NCBI GenBank assembly: GCA_012518795.1
Contig: JAAYRL010000006.1
Span: forward strand, 7-64,006
Direction of reading: 5' to 3'
Source: Clostridiaceae bacterium
Lineage (GTDB): Bacteria; Bacillota; Clostridia; Saccharofermentanales; DTU023
Length of the DNA stretch: 64,000 bases
Below the pieces are notes generated by a model. It was not told the DNA's origin. It made no database searches and saw only the letters and a list, made by a program, of their open reading frames with translations. Below, one piece after another: positions 1 to 11,842 of this stretch; the stretch's first letter is position 1, and each line of letters begins with the position of its first letter. Both the position numbers and the translations under genes were made by a program.

Positions 1-612
1 AAACGGCTGCTGCATCGGCTGAATCAAATTAAGATCTTCGAGTTTCATTCTAACTTTTTTGAAATCTTCCCACATTTCAAGTCTTTTGCTAGGATTACGC
101 AGCAAATATGCCGGGTGAAAAGTGGGCATAATATAGTAGCCGCTATTTTCAATCCATTGTCCCCTGACTTTAGAAATAGGATCCTTCAGATTGGTAAAAT
201 ATTTGTAAGCAGTTGCGCCGATCAGCACAATAACTTTCGGCTTAACCAAGGTAAATTGTGCACTCAACAAGCGTTTACAAGCTTGAGCCTCTTCTTCAGT
301 AGGTACACGATTTCCGGGAGGTCTGCATTTAACAATATTGCAAATATGAAAATCCTTTTCGGTAAACTCCTGAGCTTGTAGTAAACTATCTAACAGCTTC
401 CCCGACCTGCCGACAAAAGGCGTGCCTTGTCGATCTTCTTCAGCCCCCGGTCCTTCACCGATCAGCATTAATGGTGCAGTTAAACTTCCGCGATAGACTA
501 CCACATTGTCACGTGTTTTATGCAATTCACAGTTTTTGCACGATTGACATGCTTGCAAAAAACCTTGCCATGCCAGAGGTAATTCTTGAAAACTTAATTC
601 CGGATCTGCCAT
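1..612 (-). CDS. Uracil-DNA glycosylase, family 4 (3' end runs off window start)
   Basis: Absent from the ORF track because it is open at the window edge. My translation from ATG at 612: MADPELSFQELPLAWQGFLQACQSCKNCELHKTRDNVVVYRGSLTAPLMLIGEGPGAEEDRQGTPFVGRSGKLL...TFHPAYLLRNP. It has an N-terminal Cys cluster plus GEGPG and HPAYLLR motifs typical of family-4 UDG. Confidence 0.8.
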   Translation of the reverse strand, partial: MADPELSFQELPLAWQGFLQACQSCKNCELHKTRDNVVVYRGSLTAPLMLIGEGPGAEEDRQGTPFVGRSGKLLDSLLQAQEFTEKDFHICNIVKCRPPGNRVPTEEEAQACKRLLSAQFTLVKPKVIVLIGATAYKYFTNLKDPISKVRGQWIENSGYYIMPTFHPAYLLRNPSKRLEMWEDFKKVRMKLEDLNLIQPMQQPF

Positions 613-625
613 TATAATTCCTTTA

Positions 626-1390
626 TTAATCCGCCTTAGCTTTTTGTTGCAAAATATCTTCGCGCACTGCTTCAACAGCTACTCTGACAGCAAGCTCGGT
701 ATCATGTTGGTGCGGATCAGATAAACCGCGCTTGGCTCTTTCCTGATTCCAGATTACGTTTAAGACGCAAGCTGCTCTGGCGCCGAGGATTTGACTTACG
801 ATAAACAGTGTGGAACTTTCCATTTCCGAAGCTAAACAATTAGCTTTGAACCAAGCTTCCCATTTGGCTTCAAGCTCATAGCCAATCGGCATTCTGCCCG
901 GACTATGTTGGCCGTAAAATGAATCTTTGCAATGCACGATTCCGGTATGATACTTTACCTTAAGTTTTTTAGCAGCTTGAACCAAACTCCCGGTAAAATC
1001 AAAATCAGCAACTGCAGGAAATTCTTTAGGCACATATTCATCCGGAGTACCATCCATCCTGATTGCTCCGGTTGCAATAACAAGATCGCCCCCCATTACA
1101 TCAAGTTTGATACCGCCGCAAGTGCCGATTCTGAGAAAATTTGTCACACCGGTTTGAAAGAGTTCTTCAATACCGATTGCCGTTGAAGGTCCACCCATTC
1201 CGGTTGACATAACTAAGATATTTTCACCTTCTATTTGACCGAGCCATGTTGTATATTCACGATTGCTTCCGATAAATTTCGGATTATCCAAAAACTGTGC
1301 TATCTTCTCTGCTCTTGCAGGATCACCCGGGAGCAAAGCGTATTTCGCTTGATGTGAATCATCTAATTGAATATGGTACAATTTTTCCAT
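626..1390 (-). CDS. udp: Uridine phosphorylase (PNP/UDP family)
   Basis: Close collinear resemblance to E. coli Udp as I recall it (LLPGDPARAEKIA, STGMGGPSTAIGIEEL, FLRIGTCGG, EFPAVADF, EMESSTL). The track start TTG at 1402 contains the SD GGAGG, so I use ATG at 1390. Confidence 0.85.
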   Translation of the reverse strand: MEKLYHIQLDDSHQAKYALLPGDPARAEKIAQFLDNPKFIGSNREYTTWLGQIEGENILVMSTGMGGPSTAIGIEELFQTGVTNFLRIGTCGGIKLDVMGGDLVIATGAIRMDGTPDEYVPKEFPAVADFDFTGSLVQAAKKLKVKYHTGIVHCKDSFYGQHSPGRMPIGYELEAKWEAWFKANCLASEMESSTLFIVSQILGARAACVLNVIWNQERAKRGLSDPHQHDTELAVRVAVEAVREDILQQKAKAD

Positions 1391-1410
1391 CGAACCCTCC
1401 AACCTATATA

Positions 1411-1851
1411 CTATAATTCCAGGTTAGCAGAACCAAAACTATCGGGCAACAATTCGGCTAATGTTCTTTCCAGATAATTATCTTCTGAATGGACAATCAA
1501 AATAGTCAAATCAGGCTCGGCAAATTCACTTAATACTTGACGACAAATACCACAAGGATATGCATAATAAGTTTGATTCGGTTTTGGTTCATGAGGTGAA
1601 CCGTGAATGGCCAAAGCTATAAATTTTTCTTCGCCTTCAGAAATTGCTTTTACAACAGCGGCTTGCTCAGCACAAATCGTGGCGCCGTAAGATGCATTTT
1701 CCACATTGCAACCGGTATGGATCTTTCCGCTTGCACCAAGCAAAGCGGCACCTACTCGATATTTCGAATAGGGAGAGTAGCTTTTTTTACTTGCCGCAAT
1801 TGCAGATGAAATTAATTTATTGACCAACTCTTCTTGCATAAAACAAACCAT
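1411..1851 (-). CDS. cdd: Cytidine deaminase
   Basis: 146 aa with zinc-binding CAEQAAV and PCGICRQ motifs. The start is ambiguous (ATG at 1851 or 1839). Confidence 0.9.
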   Translation of the reverse strand: MVCFMQEELVNKLISSAIAASKKSYSPYSKYRVGAALLGASGKIHTGCNVENASYGATICAEQAAVVKAISEGEEKFIALAIHGSPHEPKPNQTYYAYPCGICRQVLSEFAEPDLTILIVHSEDNYLERTLAELLPDSFGSANLEL

Positions 1852-1947
1852 GCTGTTTCTTCATAATCCGGCTTTATATTATTTATCGATTGCCATTAAA
1901 CTCACATTCAAAGAGCAAACAATATTGTTTTTTCGCGTGCCAGTTCT

Positions 1948-3012
1948 TCAGACTTTGATACTCCAGCCGGTCGGACCGGGTTGACGCCCCCATTGAATAT
2001 CGGTCAAATTATCATACAGACTTTGGGAGATCGGCCCGATTTGATTATTATTAATAACCATTTTTTTGTTTTTATACATTAATTCACCAACCGGTGAAAT
2101 AACTGCTGCAGTGCCTGTTCCAAAAACTTCTTGTAATTTACCGTCATCATATGCGGCAACTAATTCATCAATCGATATTTTTCTTTCTTCTACTTTGGCA
2201 CCTTGTTTACGCAACAACTCCAAAACTGATTTCCGGGTTATACCGGAAAGAATCGATCCGTTAAGAATTGGTGTGATAATTACATCATCAATTACGAAGA
2301 AAATATTCATAGCGCCGACTTCTTCGATATATTTTCTTTCAACACCATCTAACCATAAAACTTGTGAATAGCCTTTACTCTCCGCTTCCGCCTGACCGAT
2401 CAAGCTGACTGCATAATTACCTCCGGTTTTCGCTTCTCCCATTCCGCCCGGAACAGCACGCACATACTTTTCTTCCACGTATATTTTGACCGGATCAAGT
2501 CCCGATGCATAATAAGGTCCGCTCGGACTTAAGATGATCATAAATTTATATGATTTACTGACACGTACACCAAGAAATTCCTCATCGGCAAAAATAAACG
2601 GTCTGATATACAAAGATGAGTCTGATTGATGAGGCACCCAATCACGTTCTATATCTACTAACTTTTTGAGAGCTTCTAAAGCTAGTTTTTCATCGAATCT
2701 CGGTATACACAATCTGTCACACGATAAATTCATCCGTTTAAAATTTTCTTGCGGTCTGAATAATAATATTTCATCTTCAGCTGAACGATAAGCCTTCAAA
2801 CCTTCAAAAACCGTTTGTCCATAATGGAAAGTTAAACAAGAAGGATCTACGCTGATCGGCCGGTAGGGAATTATTCGCGGATCATGCCAACCCTTGCCTT
2901 CCGTATAGTCCATGAGAAACATATGATCAGTGAAATAATTACCGAAACCCAGTTTGCTTTCATCTTTAATTTTTTCTTTAAGATTCTCATTTAATGTAAT
3001 TTTTATTTCCAT
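1948..3012 (-). CDS. ilvE: Branched-chain amino acid aminotransferase
   Basis: 354 aa fold-type IV aminotransferase (FHYGQTVFEGLKAYR, GGMGEAKTGGNYA) in ilv context. Confidence 0.9.
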   Translation of the reverse strand: MEIKITLNENLKEKIKDESKLGFGNYFTDHMFLMDYTEGKGWHDPRIIPYRPISVDPSCLTFHYGQTVFEGLKAYRSAEDEILLFRPQENFKRMNLSCDRLCIPRFDEKLALEALKKLVDIERDWVPHQSDSSLYIRPFIFADEEFLGVRVSKSYKFMIILSPSGPYYASGLDPVKIYVEEKYVRAVPGGMGEAKTGGNYAVSLIGQAEAESKGYSQVLWLDGVERKYIEEVGAMNIFFVIDDVIITPILNGSILSGITRKSVLELLRKQGAKVEERKISIDELVAAYDDGKLQEVFGTGTAAVISPVGELMYKNKKMVINNNQIGPISQSLYDNLTDIQWGRQPGPTGWSIKV

Positions 3013-3031
3013 ATTAACTCCTATCGAATCC

Positions 3032-4273
3032 TTAGTCCTCTGTAAAACAGCCTCGTGCCTCTTCTTTGCTGATTAGATTGAACCCTTTCTCTCGCAGAAC
3101 AGTTTCAATCAAACGAATATGCTCTATGTTTTTCGTTTCCAGTTTCATATTGATAACACAACTATCAATCGCAGTGTTTTCGCCACCCGGATTATAATTT
3201 ACTTCAGTTACATTGGCACCCAATTCTGCAATTGCAGTTGCTACAGCTTGCAATTGACCGGGTTTGTCAGTCAAACTGATACTGAGTTCCGTATTGCGTC
3301 CGCTAACCAATAAACCGCGTCGAATAACTCTTGAAAGTATATTAACATCAATATTACCACCGCTTAACAAAACACATACTTTTTTATTTTTGAATTCAAT
3401 TTTATTAAATACTACTGCAGCAAATGCAACCGCACCGGCACCCTCACAAACCAGTTTCTGTTTTTCCATTAAGGATAATAGTCCATACGCAATCTCATCT
3501 TCACTGACTGTCAGCATCTGATCAACGTATTTTTTAGCTAATTCAAAAGTTACAGGGCCGGGTTGCTTGACTGCAATACCGTCAGCAAAAGTATCCTGAC
3601 TCGATATTTTGATTATTTTATCTTCTTTAAGCGACATACCCATTGAAGGGGCTTTAGCAGCTTCTACGCCGATTACTTGACAATCCGGTTTCAGACTTTT
3701 GATTACATAAGCAATTCCGCCTAGCAAACCTCCGCCGCCGACAGGTACTACAATAATGTCTACATCCGGCATCTGATCCAAGATTTCCAAACCGATTGTC
3801 GCTTGACCGACAATAACTTCTTCATCATCAAACGGGTGAATAAATATTTTGTCATGCTCGGCAATATATTGGAGAGCTGCTTCATAAGAATCATCGTAAT
3901 TGTCACCGGCTAAGATAATCTCAGAACCATAATGACGTGTAGCTTCTATTTTGGAAATCGGTGCTGATTCCGGCATAAAAATTGTTGAATCAATGCCTAA
4001 ATGATTACAGGCTAAAGCAACGCCTTGAGCATGATTTCCGGCAGAACAAGCAACGACGCCACGTGCCTTTTCTTCTTCGGTCAGTTGAGAAATTTTAAAA
4101 TAAGCACCCCTGACTTTGAAAGAACCGGTTGTTTGCAAATTCTCCGTTTTCATAAAAATATTATCATTCGGAAAAATTGCTCGCGCCTCAATCATATCTG
4201 TTTTGCGCACAACCTCTTTAATTCTATGTGCTGCCCGATAAACATTATCTAAAGTTAGCTTACTCTGGTTCAT
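3032..4273 (-). CDS. ilvA: Threonine ammonia-lyase (dehydratase)
   Basis: PLP lysine motif TGSFKVRGA and a GGGGL loop, with a C-terminal ACT-like regulatory region. Overlaps the ilvD stop by 4 nt. Confidence 0.9.
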   Translation of the reverse strand: MNQSKLTLDNVYRAAHRIKEVVRKTDMIEARAIFPNDNIFMKTENLQTTGSFKVRGAYFKISQLTEEEKARGVVACSAGNHAQGVALACNHLGIDSTIFMPESAPISKIEATRHYGSEIILAGDNYDDSYEAALQYIAEHDKIFIHPFDDEEVIVGQATIGLEILDQMPDVDIIVVPVGGGGLLGGIAYVIKSLKPDCQVIGVEAAKAPSMGMSLKEDKIIKISSQDTFADGIAVKQPGPVTFELAKKYVDQMLTVSEDEIAYGLLSLMEKQKLVCEGAGAVAFAAVVFNKIEFKNKKVCVLLSGGNIDVNILSRVIRRGLLVSGRNTELSISLTDKPGQLQAVATAIAELGANVTEVNYNPGGENTAIDSCVINMKLETKNIEHIRLIETVLREKGFNLISKEEARGCFTED

Positions 4274-5934
4274 TCTAAAACAGCCCCTTTGTCAGAACTG
4301 GTAACCAATCTGCGATAACGGTTGAGCCAACCTCCGACCACATTTGTTTCTTTAGGTTCAAAACCTGCCATACGTTCAGCATATTCCTCATCGGATATTT
4401 TCAGATTAAGCTCATAATTCGGAATATCTATTGAAATTATATCGCCTTCTCGGACAATACCGATCGCACCGCCTAATGCAGCTTCAGGTGCCACATGACC
4501 GATTGATGCTCCTCTTGATGCTCCGGAAAATCTACCGTCGGTGATTAAGGCAACACTCTTATCTAATTTCATACCGGCTAAAGCCGACGTCGGATTGAGC
4601 ATTTCACGCATGCCGGGTCCGCCTTTCGGACCTTCGTAGCGAATGACAACTACATCACCCGGATTGATTTCACCTGCATAAATCGTCGCAATCGCATCAT
4701 CTTCACTGTTGAATACTCTGGCCGGACCTTCATGTTTTAACATTTCAGGTGCTACAGCTGAACGTTTAACTACTGCTCCTTTTTCCGCAATATTTCCGTA
4801 TAAGATTGCGAGACCGCCGACTTCACTGTAAGGATTGTCGATCGATCTGATTGCACCGTTATCTCGAATTTTGACATTGGCGATATTTTCGCCTACTGTC
4901 TTGGTCGTAACCGTCAATAAGTCTAAATTGATTAAATCTTTTTTCGCTAATTCCTTAAGAACGGCACCTACACCTCCCGCAAAATATAAATCTTCCATGT
5001 GAGTAGGTCCGGCAGGTGCTAAATGACATAGATTAGGGATCTTTTCACTCAATTCATTAAAGATATTCAAGTCTAATTCAATTCCCGCTTCAGTCGCAAT
5101 CGCTAATAAATGTAAAACTGTATTGGTCGAACAACCCAATGCCATATCCGATGCAATTGCATTATGTACTGAATCTTCCGTAATAATATCTTTGATTCTG
5201 ATATCTTTACGTAACAATTCCATAATCATAAAACCGGTTTCTTTAGCCAAACGTTGTCTGGCTGAAAACGGTTCAGGTGTTGTGCCATTACCGGGCAATG
5301 CCAAACCTATTGCTTCGGTCAGACAATTCATCGAATTTGCCGTATACATTCCGGCACAACTGCCACAACTTGGACATGCAGACTGTTCACATTCCAAAAG
5401 CTCTTCCGCGGTAATCATGTTTGCTTTATAACTACCTACCGCTTCAAATAAAGAAGACAGACTAAGCGAGCCTTGATCGCTTTGACCTGCCAACATCGGA
5501 CCGCCACTGACTAAAATGGTTGGCAAGTTAACTCTTAAAGCTCCCATAATCATCCCGGGAACTATTTTGTCACAGTTCGGAATCAAAACCAGAGCATCTA
5601 TACCATGAGCAATCGCCATTGATTCAACGCTATCGGCAATCAATTCTCTGCTGGGTAAAGAATATTTCATTCCTTGATGTCCCATCGCAATTCCGTCACA
5701 GACCCCAATTGAAGGAATCATGATCGGAGTGCCTCCATTCATTAAAACTCCGGTTTTAACACTTTGTGTTAATTTATCAAGATTCATATGACCGGGAACT
5801 ATTTCGCTGTAAGCACTGACAACTCCGATCAACGGACGTTGTAATTGCTCTTCGGTATAACCCAATGCATAGAACAAACTGCGATTAGGCGCTCTTTCAG
5901 CTCCACGTAAAACCTCATCACTCGCTAATTTCAT
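4270..5934 (-). CDS. ilvD: Dihydroxy-acid dehydratase
   Basis: 554 aa with CDGIAMGH and CDKIVPGM motifs of the IlvD/Edd family. Confidence 0.95.
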   Translation of the reverse strand: MKLASDEVLRGAERAPNRSLFYALGYTEEQLQRPLIGVVSAYSEIVPGHMNLDKLTQSVKTGVLMNGGTPIMIPSIGVCDGIAMGHQGMKYSLPSRELIADSVESMAIAHGIDALVLIPNCDKIVPGMIMGALRVNLPTILVSGGPMLAGQSDQGSLSLSSLFEAVGSYKANMITAEELLECEQSACPSCGSCAGMYTANSMNCLTEAIGLALPGNGTTPEPFSARQRLAKETGFMIMELLRKDIRIKDIITEDSVHNAIASDMALGCSTNTVLHLLAIATEAGIELDLNIFNELSEKIPNLCHLAPAGPTHMEDLYFAGGVGAVLKELAKKDLINLDLLTVTTKTVGENIANVKIRDNGAIRSIDNPYSEVGGLAILYGNIAEKGAVVKRSAVAPEMLKHEGPARVFNSEDDAIATIYAGEINPGDVVVIRYEGPKGGPGMREMLNPTSALAGMKLDKSVALITDGRFSGASRGASIGHVAPEAALGGAIGIVREGDIISIDIPNYELNLKISDEEYAERMAGFEPKETNVVGGWLNRYRRLVTSSDKGAVLE

Positions 5935-6079
5935 GTTTCCCTCCCTATATCATTTATATTAAAATAATTTTCAAACCAGCTAATTTGGGTATAATACATT
6001 CATTCTGAAATTGCCTACTCAGAGTGGCAGATAAAAATTAAAAAACTAATGGCTTATTGCCTGGCAATCACAAATTTGC

Positions 6080-7078
6080 TTACTTGTTATCTAAGCCTTG
6101 CATCATACCGCGCAATTCTTCACCGACTTTTTCCAATTGGTGTTCGGCTTCCTTGCGTCTGGTAGTTAAGAAACGGATTTTCTTGCCTGATGACATTTCT
6201 TGAATAAATTCAGATGCAAATTTGCCGGTTTGAATGTCATCTAAGATATCACGCATGCTTTCTTTCACATATTCATCAATTACTTTTGGTCCGGATACAT
6301 AATCGCCATATTCTGCCGTATTCGAGATGGAGTTTCTCATATTCTTGAAACCGCCGGCGACAACCATATCTATGATCAATTTCATTTCATGAATACATTC
6401 AAAGTATGCCATTTCCGGTTCATAACCGGCTTCAACCAGAATTTCAAAACCGGCTTTCATCAATGCGGTTACACCGCCGCAAAGAATTGCCTGTTCACCA
6501 AATAAATCTGTTTCGGTTTCTTCTTTGAATGTTGTTTCTAAAATACCCGCTCTACCGGCACCAATTGCAGATGCATACGCTAAAGCTGTTTCTTTGGCAT
6601 TACCCGTTGCATCTTGGTAAACTGCAATTAATGAAGGAACACCAAAGCCTCTTTCGTATTCGCTACGCACAGTATGACCCGGTCCTTTTGGCGCAACCAT
6701 GATTACATCAATATCCTCGGCAGGAATGACCAAGTTATAATGAATATTGAAACCGTGAGCATACATCAAAGTATTACCGGCAACCATATAGGGTGCAACT
6801 TCATTATTATAAATATTGGCGGATACTTCGTCCGGAACCAACATCATAACAATATCTGCACGTTTAGCAGCTTCCGAAACGGCCATCACTTCCAAACCGA
6901 ATTCTTCAACTGTTACTCTGGTTTTTGAATTTGGTGCCAAACCGACAACAACTTTAACTCCGCTCTCTGTTAAGTTTAAAGCGTGAGCATGTCCTTGTGA
7001 GCCGAAACCGATAATCGCTACGGTTTTTCCGGTTAATACGTCTAAATTGCAATCTTTGTCATAATACTTCTCAACCAT
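6080..7078 (-). CDS. ilvC: Ketol-acid reductoisomerase
   Basis: 332 aa with the class I KARI motif [13 protein letters not shown]. Confidence 0.95.
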   Translation of the reverse strand: MVEKYYDKDCNLDVLTGKTVAIIGFGSQGHAHALNLTESGVKVVVGLAPNSKTRVTVEEFGLEVMAVSEAAKRADIVMMLVPDEVSANIYNNEVAPYMVAGNTLMYAHGFNIHYNLVIPAEDIDVIMVAPKGPGHTVRSEYERGFGVPSLIAVYQDATGNAKETALAYASAIGAGRAGILETTFKEETETDLFGEQAILCGGVTALMKAGFEILVEAGYEPEMAYFECIHEMKLIIDMVVAGGFKNMRNSISNTAEYGDYVSGPKVIDEYVKESMRDILDDIQTGKFASEFIQEMSSGKKIRFLTTRRKEAEHQLEKVGEELRGMMQGLDNK

Positions 7079-7091
7079 TTTCTTCCTCCTA

Positions 7092-7568
7092 TCATCTTTG
7101 AACTGCTGTTACGCCGGTTCTGCAAAAATTAATAATATTAAAATTATCGATTACACTGATAAATGCATCTATTTTCTGCGGTTTACCCGTGAGTTCAATA
7201 ATCATACTTTCACGTGAAAGGTCAACTACAACACCTTTATAAACATTTGCAATCTCAATCAGTTTGCTGCGACATTCATGTGTCACAGCTACTTTTACTA
7301 AAAGGATTTCTCGTAAAACAGAATTGTGATCAAAAAGTTCTTCAATCGAAACTACTTCTTGTAACTTAGCGGTTTGGCTCATTAATTGACTTGTTTCAAA
7401 ATCATCCAATTCAGCAGTCAATGTAATTTTGGAAAATTTGGGATCTTTGGTTGCGGAAACAGTCAAAGTATCAATATTATATCCTCTTCTGGCAAACAAT
7501 CCGGCAACTCTGGTTAAGGTTCCGGCATTATTTTTGACTAAAATACTCAATACTCTCATTTTTTTCAT
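7092..7568 (-). CDS. ilvN: Acetolactate synthase small (regulatory) subunit
   Basis: 158 aa with an ACT domain ([31 protein letters not shown]), directly after ilvB. Confidence 0.9.
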   Translation of the reverse strand: MKKMRVLSILVKNNAGTLTRVAGLFARRGYNIDTLTVSATKDPKFSKITLTAELDDFETSQLMSQTAKLQEVVSIEELFDHNSVLREILLVKVAVTHECRSKLIEIANVYKGVVVDLSRESMIIELTGKPQKIDAFISVIDNFNIINFCRTGVTAVQR

Positions 7569-7572
7569 AAGC

Positions 7573-9234
7573 TTACTCCATAATTATATCTTCTACCGTA
7601 CCACCGGCCGGAATCATCGGCAAGACTAATTCATCTTGATCAATCAATACTTCAATAATAACCGGTCCATCTTGTTTTTGACTATCAGCAAATGCTGTTT
7701 TAAACTCATCTACAGTTTTACAACTGTAACCTTTGGCTCCGAAAGCCTCAGCTAACTTAACATAATCAAATGAATGGCTGATATCGGTTTGACTGAAGCG
7801 CTTATTATAAAGCAAGTTTTGCCACTGACGAACCATACCTAAAGTGTGGTTGTTCAAAATAATAGTTGTCGTTTTGATATTATGATCAACTGCGGTTTTC
7901 AATTCATTCATGTTCATCGTAAATGAACCGTCACCGGTAAACAAAACAACCGGTTTATCAGGATTACCGACTTTGGCACCGATTGCCGCACCGAAACCGA
8001 AACCCATGGTTCCCAATCCGCCGCTTGTTAGGAAAGTACGCGGTTTGGTTCTGGCACAACATTGAGCTGTCCACATCTGATGTTGTCCGACATCGGTAAC
8101 GACAATTAAATCTTCGCCAAGTTCATTAACAACATACGAAATCAATTGATGCGGTTTAATTTGTTCTTCACAGCACGGTGCTTCATAATCATCTTTTTTG
8201 AATTCGGCAATTTTTTCCAGCCAAGCTTCACGTTTCTTTGTATCAATTAAGGGCAGCAATTCTGTCAATACTTCTTTGACATCACCGACTACTGCATAAT
8301 CGACTTTAATATTTTTGTTCATCTCACTTGCATCAATATCAACCTGAACGATTTTTGCGTCGGGTGCAAAATGTTTTGTATTAAGAGCAACCCGGTCGGA
8401 AAATCTGGTTCCTAAAGCGATAACTAAATCCGAATTCTCTATTGCAAAATTCGAGCTATTCTTGCCATGCATACCTACCATGCCAAGATTCAGTTGATCA
8501 ATCGGACCCAAAACACCGATCGTCATAATCGTATTTACCGCAGGAATATTGGCTTTATTCATCAATTCTCGCAATTCCGGACTGGCATTGGCAGAATTAA
8601 CTCCGCCACCGGCATAGATAATCGGTTTTTCAGCATTATTGATATATTCAGCCAATTCTTCAATTTCATTCTGTTCAAATTGAGGTGTTTCGGCTAAAGG
8701 CAAACTTGGTTTCGGTTCGTATTCAAACATGTTTTGCATGACATCTTTTTGTATATCGATCAGAACCGGAGCCTTACGACCTGAATTAGCTATACTGAAC
8801 GCCTTGCGAACTGTATCCTGTAATTTTGCAACATCACTTACCATGAAATTATGTTTGGTGACCGACATCGTCACACCGTAAATATCTATTTCCTGGAAAG
8901 CATCTTTACCGATCAAATGGCTTGCAACATTACCTGTAATACAAACCAAAGGAATGCTGTCCATATATGCTGTTGCTATACCGGTAATCATATTGGTTGC
9001 ACCTGGACCGCTGGTAGCTATACAGACACCGGTTTTACCCGTACTTCTGGCATAGCCATCAGCTGCATGTGCACCGCCTTGCTCATGGCTCGGCCTTATA
9101 TGTCTGATTTGATCTTGGTAATCAAAAAGAGCGTTATAGATATCAATTACAGCTCCGCCGGGATAACCGAATATGGTATCTACGCCTTCATCAAGCAATG
9201 TTTTGATTAAAATTTCCGCTCCTGTATATTTCAT
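7573..9234 (-). CDS. ilvB: Acetolactate synthase large subunit
   Basis: ThDP enzyme motifs (GYPGGA, GDGSFTMN). The track start TTG at 9249 encodes the SD AGGAGG; ATG at 9234 lies 6 nt after it. Confidence 0.93.
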   Translation of the reverse strand: MKYTGAEILIKTLLDEGVDTIFGYPGGAVIDIYNALFDYQDQIRHIRPSHEQGGAHAADGYARSTGKTGVCIATSGPGATNMITGIATAYMDSIPLVCITGNVASHLIGKDAFQEIDIYGVTMSVTKHNFMVSDVAKLQDTVRKAFSIANSGRKAPVLIDIQKDVMQNMFEYEPKPSLPLAETPQFEQNEIEELAEYINNAEKPIIYAGGGVNSANASPELRELMNKANIPAVNTIMTIGVLGPIDQLNLGMVGMHGKNSSNFAIENSDLVIALGTRFSDRVALNTKHFAPDAKIVQVDIDASEMNKNIKVDYAVVGDVKEVLTELLPLIDTKKREAWLEKIAEFKKDDYEAPCCEEQIKPHQLISYVVNELGEDLIVVTDVGQHQMWTAQCCARTKPRTFLTSGGLGTMGFGFGAAIGAKVGNPDKPVVLFTGDGSFTMNMNELKTAVDHNIKTTTIILNNHTLGMVRQWQNLLYNKRFSQTDISHSFDYVKLAEAFGAKGYSCKTVDEFKTAFADSQKQDGPVIIEVLIDQDELVLPMIPAGGTVEDIIME

Positions 9235-9343
9235 CTCATCCCTCCTCAATCTTTAATTTGTCATTTATATAAAGATTTTTTCTTTCTTTTATTTTTTCAT
9301 TCAGAATAAAGATTTTTATCTGAATCTTAACATCCTCTGCCAA

Positions 9344-10117
9344 TTAATAATTATTGATCACTCTGATCGTCGGTCGATCATCAATATTATTAATTTCTAC
9401 ATCTAAGCCATATAATGCTCGTAAATTCTCCGGATTAAGAATTTCCTTTTTGTCTCCTTGAGCTAAAATTTTACCTTCTTTTAACATCATTATATGATCG
9501 AATTCAGGAATAATTTCCGTTATATCATGTGTGATATAAATCATATTTGTATTCTTTATTTTGCTCAAGGTTCGTAATATTTGCTCTTTTTGAAATAAAT
9601 CCAAAGAAGAACACGGTTCATCCAAAATTAATATATCGGGTTCAGTAATCAAGCTACGCAGGATCATTGTTTTCTTTTTTTCTCCTGCAGAAAGATTACG
9701 ATAGTTTTTATATTGCATCGAGTCAAAACCTGATTGAGCGATAAATTGTTCTGTTTTTTTCTTTTCCGCTTCAGTGATCTTTTCGTATATTCCAATTGAC
9801 CGTTTTAAACCCGAAAGTACAATCTCAAAAATTCGCATTCGATTGAGAACCGATTCAAAACGTGACATAGTCGATGAAACAATACCGATGCGAGATTTAA
9901 TTCTGTTCCAATTGTACTCACCGAATGTTTTACCAAAAGCTTTAATTTCACCTTTAGTCGGAATGTTATATGCCATCAGCATCGAAAACAAAATGCTTTT
10001 GCCGGCTCCATTCGGTCCTAACACAACCCAGTTTTCATTTTGACCGATTTTGAAGCTTATATTGTCAATTATCAGATTGCCGTCTCTTATAAAAGAAACA
10101 TTTTTATATTCTATCAT
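9344..10117 (-). CDS. Orphan ABC-type ATPase (no adjacent permease; YlmA/ModF-like)
   Basis: Walker A GPNGAGKS, signature LSAGEKK, Walker B ILILDEP. It sits between leuB and ilvB and no membrane partner gene is present. Confidence 0.8.
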   Translation of the reverse strand: MIEYKNVSFIRDGNLIIDNISFKIGQNENWVVLGPNGAGKSILFSMLMAYNIPTKGEIKAFGKTFGEYNWNRIKSRIGIVSSTMSRFESVLNRMRIFEIVLSGLKRSIGIYEKITEAEKKKTEQFIAQSGFDSMQYKNYRNLSAGEKKKTMILRSLITEPDILILDEPCSSLDLFQKEQILRTLSKIKNTNMIYITHDITEIIPEFDHIMMLKEGKILAQGDKKEILNPENLRALYGLDVEINNIDDRPTIRVINNY

Positions 10118-10218
10118 TAATTCTCACATATTTTATATAACTTACAGAACATTTCTTGCTAATAGCTAAATACGATGTAAATTCAAATAAATTGAATTGT
10201 AACTTTCAAGCATCATTT

Positions 10219-11292
10219 TTATAAATTTTTGATCACTTCATGAGTAATCTCACGTGTACCCAAATAATCATCCGGCGCCAGATCTTTCGTGCGATGGCCG
10301 TTAGCCAAAACTTGTTTCACAGCTTGTTCAATCTGATCGGCTTCAGCATGCAGACCGAAAGAATAACGCAAAAGCATTGCCAAGGACAAAATTGTCGCCA
10401 AAGGATTTGCAATATTTTGTCCTGCAATATCAGGTGCCGAACCATGAATCGGTTCATAAAGTCCGACCTCGGCACCCAAACTTGCCGAAGGTAAAAGACC
10501 GATCGAACCGGCAATTTGGCTTGCTTCATCCGATAAGATATCACCGAAAATATTATTGGTTAAAATAACATCAAAACTGCTCGGCTGACGAATCAATTGC
10601 ATAGCGGCATTATCTACGTATAGAAATTCCAATTCAACTTCCGGATAATCCTCGGCAATTTCCGCGACAACTTCACGCCACAATTTTGACGAATCTAAAA
10701 CATTTGCTTTATCGACCAAAGTTAATTTTTTCGAACGCCCCATCGCAGTTTCAAAAGCATAAATCGCTATACGTTTAATTTCCGCTTCATCATAACGTTC
10801 TTCGTCAAAAGCTGTACGCAAACCGTTTTCAATAAATGTATCACGCTTACCGAAATATATTCCGCCCACTAATTCGCGGACGATTACAAAGTCTACATTT
10901 TTCAGATATTCCGGTTTCAAAGGTGAATTATCAATTAAACCCGGATAAATTTGACACGGTCGCAAATTTGCGTAAACACCTAAAGCTTTACGTAAAGCCA
11001 AAAGACCTTTTTCCGGTCTGATTGCAGGATCGATATTGTCCCATTTAGGACCGCCAACCGCTCCCAGTAAAACTGCTGAAACATCTTGCAGTTTTTGCTC
11101 GGTTTCTTCCGGAAAAGGATTACCGTACTTATCTATTGCCACACCACCTATATCAGCAAAATCCAAAGTAAACTTTTCACCCGATTTATCAGAGATCGCC
11201 GATAATACTTCCAATGCACAATCAATAATTTCAGGACCGACACCGTCACCTTTTAAAACTAAAATTTTCTTATTTTGCATATTTTCTCTCAT
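10219..11292 (-). CDS. leuB: 3-isopropylmalate dehydrogenase
   Basis: 357 aa with [12 protein letters not shown] and GSAPDIAG motifs. An alternative start is ATG at 11280. Confidence 0.95.
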   Translation of the reverse strand: MRENMQNKKILVLKGDGVGPEIIDCALEVLSAISDKSGEKFTLDFADIGGVAIDKYGNPFPEETEQKLQDVSAVLLGAVGGPKWDNIDPAIRPEKGLLALRKALGVYANLRPCQIYPGLIDNSPLKPEYLKNVDFVIVRELVGGIYFGKRDTFIENGLRTAFDEERYDEAEIKRIAIYAFETAMGRSKKLTLVDKANVLDSSKLWREVVAEIAEDYPEVELEFLYVDNAAMQLIRQPSSFDVILTNNIFGDILSDEASQIAGSIGLLPSASLGAEVGLYEPIHGSAPDIAGQNIANPLATILSLAMLLRYSFGLHAEADQIEQAVKQVLANGHRTKDLAPDDYLGTREITHEVIKNL

Positions 11293-11842
11293 GTTCTTCT
11301 ATTAAATCTATATATTCCAAAATCTCTTCGATGCCATCCTGCCCTTTCAGCAGTTTTTCCCGATATACATTTTCTATTGCAAAAGAAAAACATAAGTTAC
11401 CGGCTGTCACAGTCTTATCAATCAAATTAACCGTAATTTCGGAATTTTGCTCAATCAGAGCTTCCCGTTCCGCTCTACCCAAAATCAAAGGCAACTTCAA
11501 ATTATTTAAATAATTCATATAAAAAATTGGCGAATAACTGCCGGCAATTACAACTTTAAAGCCGAAATCCTGTAAAGCCCATGCTGCATGTTCACGTGAT
11601 GAACCGCAACCGAAGTTTTCGCCGGCAATCAAAATTTGATTTCCTTGATTGGCAGTTTGATTTAACGGAAAATCTTCAATCGGTTTTCCGGTTTCATCAT
11701 AACGCCACGGAGCGAACAGAGCATCAGCAAAACCTGTGCGTTTCGTGGATTTTAAGTAGTTTTTCGGAATCAAAATATCTGTATCAATATTGTCTTTAAA
11801 AATTACTGTAGCTTTTGATTTTACAATATCTAATTTATCCAA
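11270..11842 (-). CDS. leuD: 3-isopropylmalate dehydratase small subunit
   Basis: 190 aa aconitase swivel domain ([13 protein letters not shown]), following leuC with an 8-nt overlap. Confidence 0.93.
   Translation of the reverse strand: MDKLDIVKSKATVIFKDNIDTDILIPKNYLKSTKRTGFADALFAPWRYDETGKPIEDFPLNQTANQGNQILIAGENFGCGSSREHAAWALQDFGFKVVIAGSYSPIFYMNYLNNLKLPLILGRAEREALIEQNSEITVNLIDKTVTAGNLCFSFAIENVYREKLLKGQDGIEEILEYIDLIEEHERKYAK

Noticed and set aside
5935-6079. 145-bp gap between ilvC and ilvD with a small ATTGCC..GGCAAT hairpin as a possible internal terminator or regulatory RNA
   Set aside because: The stem is only 5-6 bp with no U tract, and I recognise no conserved motif. It is probably just an internal promoter or spacer.
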